28,448 bases of DNA from Candidatus Thorarchaeota archaeon (GTDB lineage Archaea > Asgardarchaeota > Thorarchaeia > Thorarchaeales > Thorarchaeaceae), in the NCBI GenBank assembly GCA_048882325.1, contig JBHLRS010000041.1, positions 1 to 28,448 of the forward strand. The letters are read 5' to 3'. The number at the start of each line of letters is the position of its first letter. Position 1 is the first letter of the stretch. The translations under genes and the position numbers were made by a program. This document shows, piece by piece, positions 6,582-15,500 of this stretch. A model generated the notes under the pieces. The model made no database searches and was not told the DNA's origin. It saw only the letters and a program-made list of their open reading frames with translations.

Positions 6582-7964
6582 ATGACACAAGGCTATGACA
6601 TCCCACAAAGAATCACAATTGACGAGTCCGTCTATGAGCAATTCAGAGTCTATACAAAACTCTATGGCGCATCTGAATGGGGCGGTGTTTGCGTAGGGTT
6701 TCAAGAAGGCGATACATTCAATGTTCGAGGTATTGTGCTTCCACCACAGAAGATCCAATCTGGAGCATATTGTGAGTTTAGAAAAGAGGTTTTTCCACTT
6801 GTGACCAAACAGATAATCCGCTTGACATCCGATAAGAAGGAGTTATTCAACTTCAGATCCGGAGCTTGGATTCATACGCATCCCGGTTTTGGAGTCTTCT
6901 TCTCGGGTACTGACTTCAATAGTTTCAGAGACCTGACCAGACTATCTCCTGACTTTCTTGGAATTGTCGTCGATCCCATTAATAATGCAATTAAGGCCTT
7001 CAATGGCAATTTGGTTTCAACCACAGAAGCGGTAACACCAGAAGAACCAAGTGAAGACGCTGAATTAGAGGAGGTAGCGACAAAGTCCACCCCGAAGGAA
7101 GAATTTACTGAAGTTGAGGTCGAGATTGTTCAGCCAGATATCAATGACCCCGTCGAGATGGAGTTCCTTCACGAGTTTCGTAGTGTGATGCAGTCTCCTG
7201 CTTCAGCAAGGGAGATTGGTGACACAGAGCTCATAAACACCTTCATCCCGATGGAAGAGAACGAGTTCAAGCTGAGCACGATGAGCATGAAGGTTGATTA
7301 TCTAGAGGACCTCCTTTCCAGAATGGAATCTCGCCCAGTGTACTCCAAAGACTTGGCTGCTGACTGGAGACGACAATTGATGATTGTTAGAGAGCGTTTT
7401 GGTCTACGTGATGCACTGATACCAACCAGTTTCGTTATCAAACCTGAAGGGATTCTCTACATTTGGCATGAAACAATGTCGCACCTATCTGCTGATCTTG
7501 TTGAGTGGAACACCATTTCTAGCATTGAGGTCAAGATTCGCCTTGAGCAGGATTATAGTAACTATGGCTATGCAACAGTGATCAAAGTCATTGAGTTGGT
7601 GGCAAAACGGAAAAAGTCTGGGTTCTTTGGGAGACGGCCAAAAGACCTCAAATTATTGGTATTAGTGTCTGATAGCCGAGACCTCTACCGTACCGTTGTC
7701 GAGTATTTTCCTAGGGCTACAATGTATCGAGACCTTCCTGTTCTGGAAGAACCCGAAGAGGAAGAGGAAGATGAGACTGAGGCTGAAGAAACAGACGCGG
7801 TCGAATCAGATGATGAGGATAAGGATGAGGACCTTGAGGATGATGTTGATGAGGAAGTAGAAGATGACGAATTCGAGGGTCCTGATGACGATGAAGATGC
7901 TGAAGACAAAGCTGAGTACGAAGAAGATGAAGATAACGACATTGATATGGAGATAGATGAATAG
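6582..7964 (+). CDS. JAMM/MPN+ metalloprotease (Rpn11-like) with C-terminal possible PH-like domain and acidic tail
   Basis: 'EWGG' Glu, 'GAWIHTHPGFGVFFSGTD' (HxH-x7-S-x2-D) and 'GIVVDPI'. C-terminal about 70 residues are mostly D/E. Confidence 0.9.
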   Translation: MTQGYDIPQRITIDESVYEQFRVYTKLYGASEWGGVCVGFQEGDTFNVRGIVLPPQKIQSGAYCEFRKEVFPLVTKQIIRLTSDKKELFNFRSGAWIHTHPGFGVFFSGTDFNSFRDLTRLSPDFLGIVVDPINNAIKAFNGNLVSTTEAVTPEEPSEDAELEEVATKSTPKEEFTEVEVEIVQPDINDPVEMEFLHEFRSVMQSPASAREIGDTELINTFIPMEENEFKLSTMSMKVDYLEDLLSRMESRPVYSKDLAADWRRQLMIVRERFGLRDALIPTSFVIKPEGILYIWHETMSHLSADLVEWNTISSIEVKIRLEQDYSNYGYATVIKVIELVAKRKKSGFFGRRPKDLKLLVLVSDSRDLYRTVVEYFPRATMYRDLPVLEEPEEEEEDETEAEETDAVESDDEDKDEDLEDDVDEEVEDDEFEGPDDDEDAEDKAEYEEDEDNDIDMEIDE

Positions 7965-7999
7965 CAAATCTCGAACTTCTAGATGGGAGATATTGCCTC

Positions 8000-8896
8000 T
8001 TGTCACTACCACGTTGGAATAACATGGTGATAATCCATACTCTAATTGATCATCTAGATAGTGAATTTGATACACTGCGTCTATTCATTAAAAGTCCTGC
8101 AACTGATCCCAGACAAAAAGTAGAGCTCATAGGAGTCAATCATCCCTTCAAGGTCACTCATGAGAGGTGGTCTACACTATACAACCTCGAACTCACTCGA
8201 AACGCCTTCAATCCTCATACTCGACAGGCTCATGCAAACATAATTCTAAACATTGATTTTGAGCGGCGCAACCCATACAGAATAAGCGATTCCTCAACTA
8301 TCTCAGATCTTGATGCAATCTGGGAAGAGAATCCTGAGGTGAAAGACTATCTAGAGCCACATGACTATGTTCAATCTGATGCTGAGGAAATTCGGAATTT
8401 GGCTAACTCAATTGTGGACGATGACCAAGGATTCTGGTCTGCTGTCAGAGCAATTGCACAATGGGTGACTACATACATTGCATATAGCTACGACCTGCAA
8501 CACACAAAGTACAGAGGTGCACTTGAAACACTCAAGTCCCGTCGGGGCACTTGTAGCGATTTCGTACATCTCTTTCTCGCTCTCACACGAAGCAAGAATA
8601 TTCCATCCCGCGCAATAGTCGGGCTGCAACAGCACCGACGGTCATGGAAGATGCACTCATGGGCTGAGGTCTACGATCCCCAGATTGGGTGGGCACCACT
8701 TGATCTTGTGGCACAACCTGTGAACCTGACCCTTGGAAACAGTTACATAGGAATCTCTGCCGGGTATAACTGTGAAGTCCGTTTCTATGCATACTACAGC
8801 AGTGACATGGATGAGTCCAACGCTAAGGTCAATCTCAAGCTCAAACAACACTATTTCATCCGGAACCAGCCTATTGAGATTGAATTCTATGATTGA
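8000..8896 (+). CDS. Transglutaminase-like (papain-fold) enzyme
   Basis: 'RGTCSDFVHLFLAL.RS..IPSR.IVG', 'HSWAEVY' and 'GWAPLD' give an intact Cys-His-Asp triad. Start TTG 8000 or ATG 8024. Confidence 0.9.
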   Translation: MSLPRWNNMVIIHTLIDHLDSEFDTLRLFIKSPATDPRQKVELIGVNHPFKVTHERWSTLYNLELTRNAFNPHTRQAHANIILNIDFERRNPYRISDSSTISDLDAIWEENPEVKDYLEPHDYVQSDAEEIRNLANSIVDDDQGFWSAVRAIAQWVTTYIAYSYDLQHTKYRGALETLKSRRGTCSDFVHLFLALTRSKNIPSRAIVGLQQHRRSWKMHSWAEVYDPQIGWAPLDLVAQPVNLTLGNSYIGISAGYNCEVRFYAYYSSDMDESNAKVNLKLKQHYFIRNQPIEIEFYD

Positions 8897-8902
8897 TTGA
8901 AA

Positions 8903-9604
8903 TCATTCACTAGGTGCTTCTGGTTCTGCCTTTTCCTTCTTTTTCTCCTCGAGTGACCCGCCACACCTTCCACATGTTGTCAACTTTGGTTCCTTGAACA
9001 TCATGATACCGCATTGTGAGCATGTGACAACAACATCGCTGTCCTCACCAACCTCTGGAGAGATTTCGATTTCCCTGTGTTTCATTCTGACCCAGGATGT
9101 TCTTCTACTCAATCCACAAGATGGACATGAGTCTGCCTCCTCATAGAGATCGTTCTTACATCTTGGGCAGGTCCCAAGCTTGTTCTGACGTCCTCTCTGG
9201 ACTCTTCTGAGTCTCGAGAGCTCATCATCATAGCGGCTTGTCAGAGCGCGACCTCCGCTATCTGTAAGGGCTGGGAAGTTGATCCTGGAAAAGATCATAG
9301 CATAGACTGGATTCTTGAAGTCAAAGCAGAGATAGTTAGTTTCAGCCCAGATTCGAGTACTTCCAGAAATATTTCTTTTTGACCAGCCAGAGCTACACTC
9401 TCTATGAGTGGAGATAGGAATCGTCAACCTCCAGATTCCAACGATGAACGGTCCAAAGTGCTCCATCGTATTACCCGGTAACAAACAATGCGGACAAATC
9501 TTCAGGGTCTTAGCACCTAACAGACTTGTACCTCTAAATTTCACTGTTCCTTTTGGATAGATAGGGTGTAGCAAACCAAAGTCTTCTATCTTTAAGTTCA
9601 TCAT
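8903..9604 (-). CDS. Multi-zinc-ribbon protein of unknown function
   Basis: CPHC...HREC module followed by 'FDFKNPVYAMIFSRIN', then CPRC-x10-CPSC and CSQC-x12-CGRC ribbons. Starts 3 bp after the stop of the 875-aa gene. Confidence 0.7.
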   Translation of the reverse strand: MMNLKIEDFGLLHPIYPKGTVKFRGTSLLGAKTLKICPHCLLPGNTMEHFGPFIVGIWRLTIPISTHRECSSGWSKRNISGSTRIWAETNYLCFDFKNPVYAMIFSRINFPALTDSGGRALTSRYDDELSRLRRVQRGRQNKLGTCPRCKNDLYEEADSCPSCGLSRRTSWVRMKHREIEISPEVGEDSDVVVTCSQCGIMMFKEPKLTTCGRCGGSLEEKKKEKAEPEAPSE

Positions 9605-9607
9605 TTC

Positions 9608-12235
9608 TTATTCCACCTCCAGTCCACCACTACCTCTTGGTGGAGTACTCGGACCTCCGTCAGATACATCAAACCCGAGTGCTGACATATCCACTTCGAC
9701 CTCTTCTGGTGCAATGGTCGAAAGGTCAAACGCTTTCACAGGTTTCTCACAGTTGGGACAGACCTGCGCATCCTTTGGGAGTTCAAACGAGCAATAGACA
9801 CAGTAGTCTTTCTCCTCGATGATCTTGTTAGCGATGGCAGTATCCCATCCTCCAAACTCTAGAGCTATGATAACCATCTCTCTTGTGATTACTCCTTGGA
9901 GGAAATGCAGATCCATGAGTTGTTTGAATGCTTTGACAATCATATTCTCAGCAGTCAAGTTCGGGTCCACTCTGACAAGCACCTTTCCGATTGGTTCCTC
10001 TGCCCGCTTCACTGCCAATGCTGCAACCTTCAGATATTCCTGAATGAAGTAGTTACTGTATGTCTGTTCTGTCATCACCGCCATCGGTACAAGTGCTAGA
10101 CTTATTGCAGCCCCAAACACCCAGAACATCGGATTAATCAATACGCCGGTCTGTTTGCTTCCGACGAATGGTAATCTGATTGGGTGGCTCAGAAACTCTT
10201 GCATCACAATCAACGCTGGCAATGGGAATCCAGCAAAAGGTTCAGGAAGTATAACAAAGAGTGACTTCTCGACCGTGCTTTTCAGCAAGTGCCCTGCATC
10301 TATCACATCGCCAATGTCCACTGGGAAGTGCTCCATTCTTTCTAGGAAGTCCTGTCGTCTGATGTTGATTACCAAACCAAGAATCTCCTTCGCAACCGCA
10401 CGCATGTAATCGCGGTCCTCATTAGAAAGCGATAACCCCTGATTATCAGCCATGAGTGTAAGCTTATAGTAAGCATGCTTTGCTGACTCTAGTACTGCCT
10501 TAGCAGCCTCCGTCTTACGTCGATAGGTTATGTTGTCGAATCCTGGGGTGCCTTTGAAGATTCTTATAGTCCTCTCAAAATCATCATCTATGATTGTGAG
10601 TGCCTGTTCAGTGATTAGTCTTGGTTCGAGCGTTCCCTTGGTTTCCTTGATCACATCGAGTAGTGCTGCCACATATGCATGATGTTCTTTTGCACCTTCA
10701 GTAGTCCTGTTGACCAGACTCCACTTCTTGAGCCAATCAACAATCTTTCTCACACTCTTCTTATCACCATCGGTTTCCAGAAGCTCTGCTTGCAACGTCA
10801 GCATGAACTGCTGCAGGTTCTTGTCATTGCCATGTGTGACGAGAAGCTTGTTAATCGTCTTCTCCATGTAATTAATCACAAGATCAAATGGTGCCCGATA
10901 GAGCTTCAGTAACGGGCTCACAGCGCCAAATTCTTTTTTCCGAATCTTCTCCATGATGACCGTGCTGAGCGCATATCTGAAGATACCTCGAGTGCCAGGT
11001 TTGGAATGAAGCTTGTCCTGAATCTCCTCTGGGACCTTATTTACAAACGACATTATTGTAACAAGATCGATCTTCTTCTCCTGATATTCCCTGAGAACAC
11101 TCATCACACCAACCTGATTGATGCTGATGTATTCAGGGGTTTCTCGGATGCGACTCTTCAGTCTGTTCATACTGTAAGTCAAGATGCCCTGTGGAATTTC
11201 ATAGTCGTAGAATTTCTTGTGGTCCTTCTTTTCCACGAAGAGTAGTTTATTGAAGGTCTCCTCGTCCTCAAGCTTCGTCTTGTTCTTCTGAATGAGTGCA
11301 GCCATGTTGAAACGCTTGTCAAACTGCACACTCTCGAGACCATCAGTGTCCAAAGGCATCGGTCTGCTGGCATACCCTGCACCAATGAGAGAGATGATGA
11401 TTTTCTCCCATTCCTCCTCCGGTCTCTCAATAATCTCTGTTATCTTAATCCCACTGAGTATGCCATCGAACAACAGCATCTTCTCATAGCCTTTACCGAC
11501 ATTCCGTAGTTCTATGAAGAAGTCCATCTTGTACTCGAAGCTGAATGTTTTGAAGAGGGCTGCAATCCAAGACCGAGACATCGCTGAGTTGTCCCACGAG
11601 CTCATTAACACCTGGGATAGATACGTGATGAACTCTTCATGTAGCTTGGTCTTGGGCTCTAGCTCCTGAATAAGATTTGACATCTTGTTTCTGTCTTCTT
11701 GAATTAACCCCCTTGAGGTATGAGCTTGGGTTCCAAGCCACGCGACTTGCCAGCACATCATTCTGAAATCATTGTCTTTAAGTTTAAGAGCGAACTGCTT
11801 TGACTCCATTCTCTGCGTGACGGCATCACTCAACCATGAAAGGAATGGAAACTCCTTGTGCTCAGCCAGTTCCAAGCACATGCCCATCAGGGTCTTCTCC
11901 GCCCCCTTCTCGAAGCTCTCTGGGAACTCGTTCTCGACGAGGTGTAGGAGGATTGGAGCGGGGTCTCTACGTTTGCCTCCCTTCTTCTTGTATGAGGCAA
12001 AGATTGTGGCGATATACCAGAGTGGTGAGTTCTCCTCGACCTCATAGTCCTCTACGTCACCCTTTTCCTTACTTTTCGCAATGAATCGTTTTACAACCTC
12101 TCTCTTCCTTTTGATTTGCCCAGGAAGGTATATTTTTTGTCGATAGATGAGGATGATTATAACAACAGCAATAGCAGCTAGAGAAATACCTAGATTTACT
12201 AGACTTCCAAAGATCGGAATTTGCATCATTAACAT
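9608..12235 (-). CDS. Large membrane-anchored alpha-helical protein with C-terminal zinc ribbon
   Basis: N-terminal TM helix (LGISLAAIAVVIIILIY), long helical body, a second hydrophobic segment (FWVFGAAISLALVPMAV), and CVYC-x10-CPNC near the C-terminus. Confidence 0.7.
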   Translation of the reverse strand: MLMMQIPIFGSLVNLGISLAAIAVVIIILIYRQKIYLPGQIKRKREVVKRFIAKSKEKGDVEDYEVEENSPLWYIATIFASYKKKGGKRRDPAPILLHLVENEFPESFEKGAEKTLMGMCLELAEHKEFPFLSWLSDAVTQRMESKQFALKLKDNDFRMMCWQVAWLGTQAHTSRGLIQEDRNKMSNLIQELEPKTKLHEEFITYLSQVLMSSWDNSAMSRSWIAALFKTFSFEYKMDFFIELRNVGKGYEKMLLFDGILSGIKITEIIERPEEEWEKIIISLIGAGYASRPMPLDTDGLESVQFDKRFNMAALIQKNKTKLEDEETFNKLLFVEKKDHKKFYDYEIPQGILTYSMNRLKSRIRETPEYISINQVGVMSVLREYQEKKIDLVTIMSFVNKVPEEIQDKLHSKPGTRGIFRYALSTVIMEKIRKKEFGAVSPLLKLYRAPFDLVINYMEKTINKLLVTHGNDKNLQQFMLTLQAELLETDGDKKSVRKIVDWLKKWSLVNRTTEGAKEHHAYVAALLDVIKETKGTLEPRLITEQALTIIDDDFERTIRIFKGTPGFDNITYRRKTEAAKAVLESAKHAYYKLTLMADNQGLSLSNEDRDYMRAVAKEILGLVINIRRQDFLERMEHFPVDIGDVIDAGHLLKSTVEKSLFVILPEPFAGFPLPALIVMQEFLSHPIRLPFVGSKQTGVLINPMFWVFGAAISLALVPMAVMTEQTYSNYFIQEYLKVAALAVKRAEEPIGKVLVRVDPNLTAENMIVKAFKQLMDLHFLQGVITREMVIIALEFGGWDTAIANKIIEEKDYCVYCSFELPKDAQVCPNCEKPVKAFDLSTIAPEEVEVDMSALGFDVSDGGPSTPPRGSGGLEVE

Positions 12236-12528
12236 CTTATCAACCCTCTAATTTAATGAAACCTGACTTGCAGTGTAGTATACGAATATGCCTGAAATCG
12301 CCCGAAAGCATATCCCAACCCCAATTGCGTATCAAAGATAACGCAACCATTAGACAACAAAGCCGACTATTAAGGTTTGACGCTTCCCTTTTCACCGGTC
12401 AAACCCTCTTCTCCAATTATATTCCTGTCCTTACTAGAAAAATAATAAAGGGAATCAAACCACGCCCGAGTGTTCCAGGGGTCCTAAGAGGGAACTAGAA
12501 CCCCAAAGTGACTGGGTAGTGACAACAT

Positions 12529-15500
12529 ATGTCGGAACTTCCATGGACAAGCACCCTTCAGGTGAATAGAATGTATGACCTTCTAGACGAGGGTCTGGTA
12601 GTACTGGATAACTTGGGTGTTATTGTCCACTCAAACCAAGCATTCGCAGAATCTCTACAGTATTCGACCGGGGATCTGTTGGATTACCGCTTTGATGATC
12701 TCGTTGCAGATGAACAGAAGGGTGTTTTTTCCCCACATCTGATAGCGGATGCAAGTCGATCAATTCAACTGACCTTGATGAGCAGGGATGGTGAACGGCT
12801 AGGAAAGAAAGTGAAGGCTTTAGGTCTCATTGAAGATGAGTTGCCTAAGGGATTCTTCCTCATAATAACCGACAGTGAAGAGGTTCATCCTGACTTTGAG
12901 AAAATTATATCGGGCGCACATCTCAAAATGGTTACGATTGACCGCGACCTCAACATTACTTATGTAAATCCAGCCTTCAGCGAAACTGCTGGTAAGATTA
13001 TCGGTACTCCAGTTTTAATGGGTGTCGAGTCTCAATTTCGCGAGGAGTTCAGATTAAAACTTGAGAAAGTCATGAGAGAGGGCACAAACCAACAGATGGA
13101 GTTCTCTGAAACTTTGGAGGGACGAAGAACCACTTGGCATGAGCTCAGGATTGGCGCAATTCGTGATGGTCCGGATATTGTTGGTGCAGTGATTGCAGGT
13201 TATGAAATAACGGACAGAGTCTTGGCTATGCGAGCACTGGGAGAGAGCGAGGGGAAGTTTAGAGGTGTTTTTGAACATGCAAATGATGGAATCATACTAG
13301 CAGATGAAGAAGGTCGAATAATTGCAATTAATGCCGCTCAAGAGAAGTTCTTTGGCATTAATCGTGAAGATGTAATTGGGTTGCCTCTCTGGGAAGTTCA
13401 AGCTTCGATCTTATCAGAGAATAAACAAACCTCCGAGCATCAGATGTATCTCCAAGAGGCCCTCTCCTCATTCTTCAAGATGGGGACAGCACCATGGTTA
13501 GAGAAAACGATACATGGTAAATTCACCCACCCTCATGATGGGACTCAGAAGACTTTCAGCCAGACAGCATTCCGGATACCCTCTACTAAGGGCTTTATGC
13601 TCTGTTCCTTTACCTGGGATACAACCGAACAGACACGTCTTGAAGAGGAACGAAAGGCATCTGAACACAGATACAAGGCTCTCTTTGATGAAAACAATGA
13701 TGGCGTTTTCATTCTGAGTCTAAGTGGAAAATTCCTCGAAGTAAATGCAAGAGCATCTGAACTACTTGGCTACGACCGTCCTGAGGACCTTGTTGACCTC
13801 CCATTCTCAGAAACTATTGTTGAAGGTGAAAGAGCTGAAAGCATCAAACAGTTTGAGAGGATAATGGGCGGAGCTAAAGTGCCCATTTTTGAACGCACGC
13901 TTCTGAAACGTGATGGTACTCATGTCCTTGCTGAGCTGAGTGTTTCACTTGTCTTGGACAGGGATGGTAATCCGCAACATGTTCAGACCATTGTGAGAGA
14001 TATCACTGAGAGAAAAGTAACTCAAGCAGCTCTGGATGAATCTCGTGAAAGATACGAGCTCGCATTGCAAGGCGCAGACCTTGGTGTATGGGATTGGAAT
14101 GCTGAAGCTGACGAGATGATCTTCTCAAAAAGATGGGCTGAGATGCTTGGTTATTCAATTGAAGAAATCGAGCCCAACTATGCTGGGTGGGAAAAACTAG
14201 TTCATCCTGAGGATCTTAAACTCATGGAAGAACGATGGAACTCGCATGTTGATGGCATTACTCCTTTCTATTCCTCCGAACACAGAATGCGTACAAAGAC
14301 TGGTGGATGGAAATGGGTTTTGGAACGCGGAAAAGTAGTAGAGTGGAATGAGAAGGGAGGAACGAGGCGAGCTACTGGGACTCTACTTGACATCACTGAA
14401 CGAAAAGTGATTGAGAAAGCACTTGAACAGAGTGAGCAGAAGTATCGTAACCTATTGGAGAACATTCCTCAAAGGGTATTTTACAAAAACCGAGAATCGA
14501 TTTACGTTGCATGTAATCCAGCATTTGCAAGGGACTTAGAGAAGGTTCCAACTGAAATCATAGGGAAGACGGATTTTGACCTGTATCCGATGGAACTAGC
14601 TGAGAGCTTCAGAACCACAGACAAGGAGGTTCTAGAAAACTTACAAACATGGGAGAGTGACCAAGAATACATCACAAGCGGGGAACCTCGGATTGCACAC
14701 ATTGTGAAAGCTCCGGTGAGAGATGACGAAGGCACGATAGTTGGTATTCTTGGTATATTCTGGGACATTACTGAAAATACCCTCTCAGCACAAGCTTTGA
14801 GGGCTTCAGAAACGAAGTATCGTAATCTCGTAGAACAGTCTTTGATGGGTATAGCCATCGTTCCTCGCGGCTTTGAGAGTATTGCTTTTGTCAATCCTAC
14901 ATTGTGCAATTTACTGGGCTATTCGGAAGAAGAAATCTTGGCAATGAGTCCTGAACAGGTCAGTGCATTAGTTCATAAAGATGATGTGGTTCTCATTGAC
15001 GATTACCTGAACAATCGACTACAAGACAAGCAACCTGGTGAGGCACTCCAAGTGAGAATGATCCATAATGATGGTTCAGAGATTTGGGTTGACTTCTCTG
15101 CTGGTGCCATCGAATATGGTGAAACTCAAGCTGTTCAGGTTACGGTTGTTGACATCACGAAAAGAATCGAAGCCGAGCTTGAGGTTCTTCGGGATCGCCA
15201 AGTGTTCCGCACAATAGCTGAAGGTGCAATCCAGGCAAAGGACACGGGAGAGTTAAGTCAAGAGATTTTGAAAGGACTTGTCAGTTCGCTCGAATTTGAT
15301 TTCGGAACTTTCCGGCTTTATGACGAGAAAACGAATACACTCCGATATTCTGCTTTGTTTGGTGTTGAGATATCTGATACTCGTCCTGAACTTCCAGTGA
15401 CTCAGGAATTCAGCGAGGAATACATCATTGTCAGAACCGCTCTTACAAAGATACCAGAATTCATCTCCGATATAGAGGTAGAGATTGGGGATAAACCCTA

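Noticed and set aside
7685-8075. Poly-Ser and hydrophobic minus-strand ORFs (7685..7942, 7717..8025, 7806..8075)
   Set aside because: These are antisense shadows of the GAA/GAT-rich acidic tail of the JAMM gene.
8903-9604. RING-type E3 ligase
   Set aside because: The Cys pairs are arranged as independent C4 ribbons, without the C-x-H core of C3HC4/C3H2C3 RING spacing.
12256-12498. 80-aa ORF between the divergent large genes
   Set aside because: No motifs or clear ribosome site. The region more plausibly holds divergent promoters.
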